From positions 81,406,001-81,470,000 of the forward strand of contig NC_135655.1 in the NCBI RefSeq assembly GCF_964188315.1: 64,000 nucleotides of DNA, written 5' to 3'. How positions within the stretch are numbered: position 1 is the first letter of the stretch; every line of letters begins with the position of its first letter. The notes below the pieces were generated by a model. It saw only the letters and a program-made list of their open reading frames with translations. It did not search any database and was not told where the DNA came from. The stretch comes from Podarcis muralis. Lineage: Eukaryota. Positions 1 to 11,699 of the stretch are shown here, piece by piece. Made by a program: the position numbers and the translations under genes.

Positions 1-567
1 CGTAGTCAGCCATCCCCAGAAGCAACTCTTTGGATCACAATGTATTTGGAAGTTAGAAATGTATACAAGCTGCGTCATTATCCTCTTAACAGGATGGTTT
101 GCAGTTGGGACTACGAAGCTTCGTTTAGGTTTTCTTGCTTTTGTTTAACCATGAATATTATAAATGGTTCCATTAGAGTTACATAATAAACATTTCAAAA
201 CAACTCACTTTACAAAGTATGCAAGAACTGAGCAGGCAAATGAAATACAGTATAGAAAAAGCAGCACAGAATGGACCTGAATCAAGGATAAAAATTTAAT
301 CACTCCTGTAAACATACTGTATCAAATGGGATTAGGTTATTCAAAAAGAGACTAGTGTAAGCAAGCCTTTAAATAAGCCCACAGAAGGTACTAGTTTGTT
401 CCCATGCAGACTGTAGGGAAGGGAAACCTGCTATGATACATAGAAGAGTCTTTCATTTTTTATATGCAAAACTAAATGCCTCAGCAGAACTTTAGATAAC
501 CAATATCCAGTTAGCCAAGTTTATATTGTATCACTATATTAAGATAGAAAAAGTAAAAGAAGCTCAC

Positions 568-618
568 CTCCTTTTGGGAAGTCGTGGACTCTTGTCATCT
601 TTTCTCCTCCTTCCTCTT
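568..618 (-). CDS. ZFP91: ZFP91 exon 7 (KRGRRRKDDKSPRLPKRR, NLS-like)
   Basis: 51 bp, TTGTTCTAG acceptor, GTGAGC donor. Confidence 0.94.
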
Positions 619-2010
619 CTAGAACAAGACCACAAGGACAAAAGCGAAAACAAAGAGAAAAAGAAAGCACATTTACTGATGTACATGCAAAGGGAACTAT
701 TCTTCAGATGGCAAGTTGATTAATGACAAAAATCTACCACTAAAATAAAACAAGTACAGAACAGAACAAGTAGCTTATTCACAATAAAATGTAACTTATT
801 TACATATATTTCTGTTATCCAGCTGGCACAGAACTCATTCTAACACAACCAACCCCCAAGCAAGCAGATGTAAGGGTTAGGGTTAGCCGGTGTTCACCCA
901 CAGCTTTCTGGGGTCATGTGGCCAGCATAACTAAACCGCTACTGGTGCACGGAGGACTGTGATGAGTGCCAGAGCACAAACGCCTTTTACCTTCCTACAG
1001 CAGCAGTACCTATTTATCTATTTGCAGTGCTATGCTTTCAAACTGCTAGGTTTGCAGAAGCTGGGACAGAGCAACGGGAGCTCACCCCACAATGCAGATT
1101 CGAACTGCCAACCTTCCAATGGGCAGGCCCAAGAGGCTCAGTGGTTTAGACCACAGTGTCACCTGCGTCCCAATGTACAACTTTCAGAAGATATAAATTC
1201 TAGTATTGCAACATGTTTTTTCTAATAGGAACTTCTTTTCATTAAGGGATCTCTCCAGAGACCTAAAATTTTCGCTTGGCTTCCTAATCAAACCAATTCC
1301 TTGAGGTCTTATCAACTCCTCCCTTCTAGTCTTGAGGTATATGTGTGCAGGCAAAGTAAAGTAAAATCTTTGCAATGGGGTTTTGTGAAAAGTACACTGC
1401 TGCCTTCTACTTCAAAAGCAGAGGGAAGAGATATAATCCCTCCCTCCTTCTCCTCTGTGAAGGGAAGAAGAGGTAGTCTCTCTCTCACAAGATTATTGTT
1501 ATTTATTAAACTTATTAGTTTTTTATTTACTTACAAAAACTCAGTGACTTATAACAATAAATATAGATAGGCCTTTACAGAAAATGCAAGCAATATCCTT
1601 GCCACTGTTGCTGTTTCTTTGAACACTCCCGTGGGAAGGGTGAGAAATCCCTGATCATTACCTCTACAAAGGTTCTCGAAGAGAAGAGTGAGGTGTCTTT
1701 CCCTTCCCACTAAGCCCTAGCATGCAGCCCTAAATTTGGCCAAGAGCATCTATTTAGGAGGGAAACAATTAGCCAACTCCAGGACCATCATTTGCCCCTA
1801 CCCTCAGTACCACCAATACAGCATGGATGTTAGAAGAGCACAATGCTTGCATACACCTTAAAATTCTGAAATTGAATTTGTGTACACAACACAACTGCAG
1901 GATCTAGTACTCCTTCCCCTCAAAAAGAGAAATGCTGCAAGTTTCTACATCTTATCTAGTAAACAAAGACACAAAACCATGAGTGCAGGTAATCTCCTAT
2001 AAATGATCAG

Positions 2011-2063
<53 letters not shown>

Positions 2064-5000
2064 GTAATAATAATATATTATTATTTATACCCCACCCATC
2101 TGGCTGGGCCTCCCCAGCCACTCTGGGCGGCTTCCATAGAAACCAAAAATACACTAAAATATCACACGTTAAAAACTGGTTCTTCAAAAACAAATGAATC
2201 TAATGTGCTTGTACAATGAAACACTCCCCATCCTAAATCTGTTCTGGATTTCCTCCTCAACCCTCCAGAGAATATTTGGGGTGAGGGTGCAGGAAGAAGA
2301 AGAAGAGAGAGAAGTGAAGTTCCATTGGGTGAATGAAAGTTGTTCTGCTTATGCAATGACTTTGTTAGATTCAACTCAATAACTTATTTGTGCTCAGTGT
2401 AATGCCATGCAAAGTCAGCAGATAACTTCGATGTTGGTAGACTAGCAGAAAGTAATGAACCAGACATTCTTCTTGGCTTTAAAAATCTACACAACCACTC
2501 AACTGTAGACTTCATAGCATGGGTGATATAGAAATAAATATTCCAGATCCAGTACAAAGTACATACGTGGCCTTTAATTTTGATCACATTACAAGGCTTG
2601 TACACAAAGCCACAGAATTTTACTCACTTCCTAGGTGGATCCTCATCTTCTCGGAACTCACTTTCTTCTTTGACTTCCACCTCCACTTTAATCTCTTTCT
2701 GTTTCTCTTTTTCTTCTTTTCCCTTCCCTGTTTTTTTCTTCTGCTTTGGAGCTTCCCTGCAGAAACAGACATCACATATTCTCTACTTCAGGAAACCTTT
2801 CATCTGCAGTTTGGCAACAACCTGAATCTTTTAGACAATTCTTCAACATGGATTTTGAGGCACTTCCAAGTTTTCATGTTTGCTATCCCTGTAATTAGTA
2901 AACATGCCTTGGTCTCTGCCAATTTTTAAAGAGTCCAGTTGCTCACAAAAGTGGAAACTTAATATTTAAGTGTGTGTTTCTAACTATGGGTCTGAACTGG
3001 CAGCTATTCCATTAGCTCATCAGATTAACGACATACAATTCCTTTTTGCTTGGAAAATGCAACACACCTGTCTAAATGTGGTTTATAGGTTTCATCTCTG
3101 GGATCATCTTTGAAAGGAACCTCTTCTTCACTGATAAGCATTTCTTCTTCATCACTGTTGATGCAGTGAAGAGGAGAAAAGAAAGTGAAAGGATGAACAG
3201 AATTTTTATATCAACATATTCCTGAACACAGAAGAGAACAGTATAAACTTCATACACTTTTTCTGGGCCTTACAATATTGTGCACAGAGTACACACTAGA
3301 CAAAAGGCACTTTTTCTGGAACATGCAACAGAGACAGCAAGCTATCTGTTCACTTGCTAGGAGGCTGCATCAGCAATAGTTCAAATAATCCAATAACAGG
3401 AATCATATTGCAGGGTAGTGGGAATGCAAGTAGAACTAACATTATCTAAATCATTCTCTCTCTTTGTAACAATCTCTTTAGATATATCTTCTATTTTCCT
3501 ATCAATTTCAATGGTTAAAAACTTAGCCCTCATCAGTTCTAAAACTGGCTGAGCATTTATTTATATGGTAGACAGTTAATCCCCAATGCTTCAAACCTCC
3601 AACCGCAGCTACTGGCAATATTTCTATCAGGTAACATATTAGGGCCACAGGTTAGCTTTCCCTAACTTTAGGTCATCATCTAAGCAAGTCAGCCTCTGAA
3701 TTAATTCAAGACACCAGACATCTGTTATATTTGTATAATCCAAGCATCTTTGAGCGATATTTTAGCCTGACAGCACCCTGTTTGAATCAGTTTCTTATGC
3801 ACAAACCAATATTCTAAATACACTAATTATGGAAGAACACGGCAATCAAAACTTACCTGATTCCAGCTGGAGATGAATGCTCTTCTGTGACCTCTAAAAG
3901 TTAGAAACAAAAGCAAATTTTTATCTTAATAAGTATGGGCAGTAATCATCAGCATCTGAGAACTTATATGTACAGTGGTACCTCCGGTTAAGTACTTAAT
4001 TCGTTCCAGAGGTCCGTTCTTAACCTGAAACTGTTCTTAACCTGAAGCACCACTTTAGCTAATGGGGCCTTCTGCTGCCGCCGGAGCCAGATTTCTGTTC
4101 TTATCCTGAAGCAAAGTTCTTAACTTGAAGCACTATTTCTGGGTTAGTGGAGTCTGTAACCTGAAGCGTATGTAACCTGAGGTACCACTGTATATATCAC
4201 TGTAGTGCTGCATCAAAATGATGCAACATGTCAAATATCCGTATCATGGTTACGTATGGAGATACTGTTTCCAATTTTGCACAAAAAGGACAGTACATAA
4301 TATGTAAGAAAATTACAACCCAAGCCACGCAGGCATCAATAGGAATGAAATGTGTTGTGTGAAATGCTAATAGCTTGCATTTTAACAATTAAGCTATATT
4401 TGCACCTGGTCTGTGTTGCACGTGACTACATGGGCAAAAACTATTTTTAGTAACTGTCAACTTTAAGGCACAATACTAATTTGTGGCTTTCAAATCCTAT
4501 AAATTTTATGCTTTACAATAAGGTTCGGGAACTTCAAATGCAGTCTTCCAAGCCTCTCCATCTGGTGCTTAGGACTCTCTTCACATCATACCCTAGGCCA
4601 CACTCCTTACTGGTCCTGCTTTGCATTTTTCAAGGACTGAAAGCAGCACATACCGAATTCTAACTGGTCTGTGTTTGGTTCTGATTTGCAGATGAGCTGC
4701 AAAGACCCAGTCTTGGATCTAGAGCTCCGTGAATTATCTGTATCACACTGGCGAACAGCAGCTGCTGCCCTGTTGCTACGCCAGCCCCGACTGGGCCTGG
4801 CTATACCGACTGGGGTTCCAGCAGCAAGAATATTTGAGACTTCTTCCTCTTCTGTCTCTTCTTTGGGATCTGTGATATAAATATCAGATGGTGATTATTA
4901 TTTATTAGTTGCTTTACTCATGGAACTGATGCAAAGGGACTTACAGACACAACAGAAATAATATAACCAATTACAATAAACATGATCAATAAAAACCTTT

Positions 5001-8000
5001 AAAACCCCCAAATTTTACAAATAAAAGATACAAGCAGCGACCATTTTGCGTGTGTCCAACTGATGTATGACCACCGACAATCACACCACTTTTGGCCCCG
5101 GAATAAGCAGGGAGGGCTGATGCCCAACCGCTGACACATGCAATAACTTGGTATGCAACTGCCACGCAAATGAGGAGTTGCCTGTATTACAGATCTTGCC
5201 TCACTTATTTTAAATATAGATGTATTTTAAAGGCTTCCAAGGGCAAAAAGCCCAGGTAAAAAGGGAAGTTTTTCCCCTGTGCCTAAAAATATAGATGGCA
5301 CCAGGTGAGAGCAGGCATAGGCAAACCTGGCCCTCCAGCTGTTTTGGGACTACAACTCCCACCATCCCTAGCTAAAAGGACCAGTGGTCAGGGATGATGG
5401 GAGCTGTAGTCCCAAAACAGCTGAAGGGCCGAGTTTGCCTATGCCTGGGTGAGAGCATTCCACAAGCAGGAAATCACCAAGTGAAAAGGCCTGCTCTCCT
5501 GTTACAATCCTACAGACTTCCCAGGGCCCACAGAGAAGGGCCTCAAATGATGTACTCAGAGACCAGGTCAGTTTATCTGAATCAAGAATAAAAACAACAA
5601 CAACACCTTTGCTTTTAGAATCATATAGCTGGAATGGAACAAAAAGCAATGCATTCTCCAGACCACAAAGAATCACAAGCTGGGAGGTGCAGCGCTAGAG
5701 AAGGGCACTCTTAGAGTAAATAGCTCAAGAGAAGTTGCACAACATTTATGTAAACTTTGTTTATAAATATTGCTTTTGCTGTGATACTACCCACCCTGTG
5801 AAATGGTCTCCCTTCAATATTTAGTTAGCACCAATAGTAAATATGAACCTGTTCACCTGGGCCTTTGATATGTTAGACCAGTTTTACTTTCTCTTAGATA
5901 TAGATATAATTTTTATACTCTAAAGGTGGTCAATGTGCTTGATTTTTAATGGACTGACCTACGTTGTACACTACTTTGGCAACTTCTAGTTTCAAAGAGG
6001 AATATAAACTGTAATAAGTAAATAGGCAATGCTCTTTATAATAGGCTGCTCTGTGCAATCACTTTTACACAAAACAAATAACCTCTTCTTATACATTCTT
6101 TCTTTCAATGATTGCTTTTGATACTGTTCATTGCACCTATTCCGGATCAAATGCATTCTTAAAAATAGTTGACCAAAAATGGACACATTTTTCCAAGATA
6201 ACTATCAACACTTGTCTGAAGCTACCAATACACTGTCTAAAAATGTTTGCTCTAACAATCCCAATACTTCTTACCTTCCACAACCTAACCTATGAATCTG
6301 TGTGAACAATTAGAGAATAAATCAATAAATGCTGACATGCAGGACACTTGCTGTGTGATTATCTAATGTAAGGCCATTTAAATCTGACTATAGGAAAGCT
6401 CCAGCAGCGGTAAGGAGAAAGACACCTGCACACAAAGCTCTCCAATAGGAAACAATTTTTCCAACCTGCAATATTTTGCTCTCTGGGTAAACTCTTAATT
6501 TTTTACATTTAAAGAAGGAGAAAAATAAGATTGGGCTTTTAAGAAGAAACAAGACTGCTAATTCAGTGGACAGGGATTTCTCACTGGTACAAACAGCAGC
6601 AAATGAGTCTTTACAAAGGACCCAAAACCTTCTGAAAGAAAAAACTACTACAGAGTAGTTGAGTCTTTGACAGAGGGTCCTCAGCAAGTTGAAAGAGAGT
6701 TTATATGTCTATGTCTAATGACATTTATTTGGCAGAAACAGCTCCTTCAAGGTCCAAGAAAAGGCTGATCAACCCCTCTCACCCCTCATAATCTTAGCTA
6801 GCAGAAAAGAGAAAATAGGACCTGCAACTCATATTAGAAGACACAGGATGCGGTTACCATACCCTGTTTCAGACATGCCAGTTTCAAATAATTAAATAAT
6901 GTACTATTTGATTATTAATGTAGCTATCCTGGAAGTAGGTCTCCCACATTTTAATTAATTATATTAACAGGAAACCCAAGAGGAAATATATACTAAAGAT
7001 ATCTAAATAGAGACGTTTTCTTTAAACATGTCAGCTACAGATAGAAAGACAGTAAAACTGTTGGATGGCAAAAATTAAAAAGGGTTTTGAAGTAATTAAA
7101 GGTGTAAAGCAGGCAAATGAATGATCGGTATCAGTTTTAACTGAAGGTGCATCAGACACAGCCACATCTGATCCACCATCCATTGACAAGATATATGACC
7201 AATGTATATACGTACATATGACCAATAAAAGAAGCGATCACATTAAAATTTAAGTTATAATTGCAAAAAAGTGACAAGACAGCACATCCAGATGGGACTC
7301 TTCTAGCCTGTGAATTTGACAGTACTGTAGTTTAGGACAGACTGAAGTAGTGCAGACAATGTGAAATCAACTCATGGAATTCATTTACACGAGATGTTTT
7401 GATAACCATTAGAATTAAGATCATTTTCAAAAAGGTTTAGTCAAGTTCAGAAAAGAATCTATCAACCAACTGTTATTACCCATAATAGCTAAAAATAAAA
7501 CAATGGACCGAAGCAATACATCTCCGTGATTCTACAGTTGGTAACAAACAATTTCTACTATTCATGTGAACTTCTCAAGGATATCCAGATGTTTACAAGT
7601 TGGGAATGGACTGCCAGGCTAAATACAATTGAGGAGAGTAATTGTATTATATGAGATACATTCAAATCTTACCTTTCACCACAGTTTTATCCAGGCATCT
7701 GAAACGAAATGAAATACATGGTGAATTTCTGCTGAAACCACTAACACAATAGCATGAAAAGTAAGATTTATTCTAAGCATTATATCTGCTTCAACTTCTC
7801 AGGAAGTTTCATCATTAAGGATGATTATAGGGGTTAAAGCATTGCACTAGGAACTAGGAAATACATGTTCAAAATTCCACTCAAACACTATCTTTTAGTC
7901 TAGCCAACTTCATAGGACTGTTGTGAGGAGAAAGTTGGGAGAGAAAGCATCACATACATTGCTTTGAGCTCCTTAGAGAGGAGATAACCTTTTGTAACTA

Positions 8001-9221
8001 AGGAAAAGGTACATAGCTGTGCTCACAAGTGCTAATACTATATGTTTAGGAAAAATTCCAGGAAATTATTATTTTTTGCCACAAATGTTGAGAAATGTCC
8101 TACATGTCAGTCTTGGTTTTCCAGTTCTCTCACACAACCACTTCATTCAAGTGCTAAGCTATTTGATTTATTTTATTACAGTTCTTCATTATTTTCAGGC
8201 CCAAGTCCTCAGAAAGCAACATATACTTTCTCCCAACACTTTTTCCCACCAAAAAAAGAGGGAGGGGGAAACTGGACAATGCTTATAAAAGTACTGAGCG
8301 TAAGCCAGATTTCTTCAGCAAGGACCACACGCCACCCCACTTCAGGGCCCCCACCCCTGGAAGCATTTATTACCACTAACTAGCCACTTCTCCTATGAAG
8401 TTAAGCTGACCCTGTATAGAAACTGGCCCTACAACAGTCAGGGGCGTGTGTCTTAATCCCCAATTAGTAATGTAACCGTCCCTAATTAACATGAACACGC
8501 ACAGATGCTGTGTGCTTCCCAGTGCAGACTTGCACTGCCTGAAATAATTCTGGGGATATTTACCTAGAAGAAAGCCGACTTGAACTCTGTGGGGCTGACT
8601 TCAGAGTAAACATGCTCAGGATTACACAGCGCATGAAGCATTCTCGCATGGGGTCGTTGCCATAACGCAAAGAGGCGCTCAAAGTGAGGCAACGCGGCCA
8701 AGTTCCTGAATGTACGCTTTCTCAATGCCATTAGCGGCAAAGTGGGGATGCGACAGGGAGTTGGGGAGGGGGGGGAGATAGAAGCAACCTCTTTCTCTTT
8801 CACCAGCGAGCAGCGCCAATACTCACGCGGCGCGCGGGCTCTCCTTCCTGCCGGCAGCGCCAGGCGGAGCGGCGGTTGGTTGCGGCTCAGCCTCGGAGCC
8901 GGGCACCGACGGCGTCTCGGGCCCCTGGTTCTGCCGGGCGCCAGGGCTACTGCGGCGCCGGCGGGGATATTCGGCCTTCCTTCGGCGTGAGGCGGCAGCG
9001 GCGGCAGCAGCGGCGGCGGCGGCGGCCGCCCGTCCCCGGTCTCGGCCTCCTCGGAGCACCCGACTGCCGCCGGACTCCTCCCCCTGTCCAGCAGCGGCTG
9101 CGGGAGTGGGCGGGGGACGCCGGCGGCCGCTGGGAGGCGGAGCGCTCGCCTCTTCGCTCTCTCGTGGCTCCTGCTGCGGCTCTTCCTCCTGGGTCTCCGC
9201 CTGCTCGGGCGCCCCCGGCAT
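568..9221 (-). CDS. ZFP91: E3 ubiquitin ligase / zinc finger protein ZFP91, 5' partial: complement(join(8827-9221,7673-7698,4654-4869,3857-3893,3068-3154,2628-2756,568-618)); the zinc-finger exons lie beyond the left edge
   Basis: The spliced translation contains SRVLRGGRDRGRA12SRRRKAEYPRRRRSSP, RPSRGWRS, SRSKTGSLQLICKSEPNTDQL, MLISEEEVPFKDDPRDETYKPHL and KRGRRRKDDKSPRLPKRR, matching mammalian ZFP91 as I recall it. All seven exons have canonical splice sites with consistent phases (2,1,1,2,2,2,2). Confidence 0.96.
880..1171 (-). mobile_element. Sauria SINE (BovB-related tail), 3'-incomplete
   Basis: Reverse complement of the GGGACGCAGGTGACACTGTGGTCTAAACCACTGAGCC head and conserved body. Confidence 0.85.
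2014..2177 (-). mobile_element. Short 3' fragment of the young L2 family with a long (AAT)n tail
   Basis: Near-identical to 37790-37885. Confidence 0.85.
2628..2756 (-). CDS. ZFP91: ZFP91 exon 6 (EAPKQKKKTGKGKEEKEKQKEIKVEVEVKEE...DPPRK)
   Basis: 129 bp, TTTCTGCAG acceptor, GTGAGT donor. Confidence 0.95.
3068..3154 (-). CDS. ZFP91: ZFP91 exon 5 (SDEEEMLISEEEVPFKDDPRDETYKPHLDR)
   Basis: 87 bp, AG/GT borders, near identity to the mammalian peptide. Confidence 0.95.
3857..3893 (-). CDS. ZFP91: ZFP91 exon 4 (EVTEEHSSPAGIS)
   Basis: 37 bp, CTTTTAG acceptor, GTAAGT donor, phase 1 to 2. Confidence 0.92.
3973..4190. mobile_element. Tc1/mariner (Tigger-like) MITE, TIR CAGTGGTACCT, TA TSD, in ZFP91 intron 3
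   Basis: TA-CAGTGGTACCT...AGGTACCACTG-TA. Confidence 0.92.
4654..4869 (-). CDS. ZFP91: ZFP91 exon 3 (DPKEETEEEE...SEPNTDQLEF)
   Basis: 216 bp, AG/GT borders, conserved RPSRGWRS and SRSKTGSLQLICKSEPNTDQL. Confidence 0.95.
5312..5447. mobile_element. Palindromic hAT-type MITE, TIR CAGGCATAGGCAAAC, exact 8-bp TSD GGTGAGAG
   Basis: TSD at 5304-5311 and 5448-5455. Confidence 0.93.
7673..7698 (-). CDS. ZFP91: ZFP91 exon 2 (26-bp micro-exon, (A)CLDKTVVK(D))
   Basis: TTTCGTTTCAG acceptor and GTAAGA donor; bridges phase 2 to phase 1 as required; resembles human LCIEKVTTDKD. Confidence 0.85.
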
Positions 9222-10150
9222 CAGAGCAGCTGGCGGCGGCGGCGGCTCAAAGGGCGGCCCAAGCGGCGGCAGCGGCTGCCCCTCCTGCTCGTGACAGCAG
9301 CGCCAAGCGCTCCCCCCGCCTCTGTACAGCGGGCCCCCGCCCTCCCGCGTCGAGCGAGGCCAATCAAGAGCGAGTTCGGAGTTCAGGCCGGACGCAAGGT
9401 CTCCCCCCTCGCTCTGCGCCAGCCAGTCAGAAGGGAAGGTGCCGGACACACCCCACCCACCGCTCTCCCGACTCCACCAATCGGCGTCGCCAAGGCCGGC
9501 TGGCTCAGGACGCTCCAATCAACGGGCGAGCTTCGTCGGGGGCGCGCGCGCGCTGTCGGAATCCTGACCGTGGCGCGCGCGTCGTAGAGCGGAGCCGTTT
9601 AACAGTTATCTCTCGCGCGCCAAATGTCCTTCGTTACCCTGAGGAAGGGGCATCGTTGCGGAGGCTTCGCGCTCGCGCTCTCTCTCTCGAGCTGCCGCTC
9701 TCTCAGTGCCGCGCAGTGACGCTGTTCCCGCGAAGCCCTCAGTCCTGCCGTTGTCGCCCCCTCCCCCCCGTCCGCTCCGCAGTTTGGGCCGCTCTGGTAT
9801 CCCACAGCCTCTTGCTTTGACGAACGAAACGAAAAGATTCGGTACCTTCCGAAAACCTGTTTCCCTGAGCTTCACGCCGTCCGCGTTTCTCGGAGCTTCA
9901 CGTTCGGGAAGGATTTAAAAGGGGGGAAAAAAACATTGTAGCTTCTCCTTTAAGAAAAAAAAAGCACCGTCGTGTGGCGGGTGAAAGTCGGTGACAAAAT
10001 GGCGTCCAATGAGGAGAGGCGGGACTTGCGCAGGACGCGCGCATTTCCGCTCTCGAGGCTAGAACTGCGCAGCTGCCGGCCGAGCCGGCATTATGGGAAT
10101 TGTAGTTTATAGTATATACATAGTTACGCGTACAAGCCGAGGAAGAGTGA
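8600..10150. promoter_or_regulatory. CpG island / ZFP91 promoter, probably bidirectional
   Basis: Very high GC and CpG density. CCAAT boxes near 9360, 9477, 9515 and 10006; E2F-type GCGCCAAA 9617-9624; YY1-type AAAATGGCG 9996-10004; ZNF143/THAP11-type GCATTATGGGAATTGTAGT 10088-10106. Boundaries approximate. Confidence 0.85.
8827..9221 (-). CDS. ZFP91: ZFP91 coding exon 1 (ATG at 9221; MPGAPEQAETQEEE...RKESPRA)
   Basis: ATG in a CpG island; donor GTGAGT at 8826-8821; poly-Ala and RRRKAEYPRRRRSS motif. Confidence 0.93.
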
Positions 10151-11699
10151 GTCCCATTGGCCACAGCAGGATTTACTCCTAGTAGACATGCATAGAGCTG
10201 GGCTGTATGTCTGAAATCCCACATTCTCTTACCTAGGGAGCAGGACCCAGTACATTTAATGGAACCTATTTCTAAATAAGGTTGCACTGGAAAGCATTAT
10301 AAGGCCAGAATGCATGCTTCTCTTGGGATAATTCATTGACCACTCCCAAACGACCAACATGCATACCTGCACCTTGAAGAAGTGCATTCCTCTGTCAAAC
10401 AGCTCTTCCTGATGTTTAGTTGGAATCTGCTTTCTTGTAACTTATTGTAACATTGAATTTACAAAACACTTTGTAACTTTTAATTGTAAACCAAATTAAA
10501 CTCTTAGTCTGAAAACCTATTTCGGAGTTTTCTGCCTGCCTCCTTCGTTTTCATATTTTGTAACAGCCTTAACACACACCCAATCCAGAGTTCAGTTCAG
10601 TAACAAAAGTAAGCAGAGCCCCCTCAGTTGAGCAAAAAGAACAATAATTTTATTGCAAAGCATTATGATGCTGTTAGGACTAAACTCTGGCCTAGAGGCT
10701 GTCATTGTGAAAGAACACAGTCTCATGCTTGAGTTGTATACATGATGGTGCAACTGTCCCCAAGATATATTTAAAAAACCTTTGTATCACTTTCCATATA
10801 TGCATGCAATTTTAAAATAATCTCTTGCTACACATTGTGTATGTACTGTTAAGGAACCAGCCAAGTGGCATTAAAATTGGGTTAGAGAGGAGAGAAGAAG
10901 CTGAGACTAGTTTAAAGCCAGGTTAGGAAAACTCTCTACAGGCTATGGCCTTCAGGTATACACCTTGAGCTGCTTTAACTTCTGTATGGTACGAAAGACA
11001 AGACAGCACACCAAACATGGTTAGATATTATATAAAATGTTACATATTAACAATTATAAGATACTTTTTGCTAAATGTAATCATATTTTCAAAATGTTAC
11101 AGAGGAGAAGTCATGGCAGTCTGTAACAGCAACAAAGTTATTAGGGTGGAATTAAACATTGCACTGAGGCGATCCTTTTGTCAGCACAAGCATTTCTGCT
11201 TCTCAGATCTCCCTCCACCTGCCTCCCAAGTTGTTCTGGGATTTCACCTGACTCCCCAGGGCTGAGTTGGAGGGGTGCAGGAAAAGGAGGGGGGGGGTGA
11301 AACCTTTTTGCGCTAGCACAACTATTTGGTTGAATTCGGCCCTAAGTCTTTAAGGTACAACCTGACTTGTTTTTTAAATGTTGACAGAATTGAAGGATTA
11401 TACTTGTGTTGAGTAATATGCAGTGCTTTTTCTGGGGGGGGGGGGGACGCAGGAGGATGCATACCCCTAAACGTTCTGTGAATCTTTGTACTTGTGCCCA
11501 TTTACTGTATTTATTTTTCCCGATCTGAACTATAAAATGGTGATTTTCTTGAGTACAAATGAGAGTATCCCTAAACATTTTTAAGGGGGGAAAAGCACTG
11601 GTAATTTGTATATTTACAGAAAACAATTCTATTCAGAAAAATACTTGGTTTGAACAGATACTTCCAGGGCTATGTGTAAATTAGCATACAATTCCATCG

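Noticed and set aside
7110-7180. Intronic C/D snoRNA in ZFP91 intron 2
   Set aside because: No exact RUGAUGA box and no terminal stem; CTGA occurrences are expected by chance
9222-9518. N-terminal extension of ZFP91 suggested by the 231-aa ORF (8823-9518)
   Set aside because: Starts at TTG, runs through CCAAT boxes and promoter sequence; homology to ZFP91 begins at ATG 9221
8876-9820. 314-aa plus-strand ORF and other long ORFs in the CpG island
   Set aside because: Stop-poor GC-rich DNA antisense to ZFP91 exon 1; low-complexity translation with no recognisable domain
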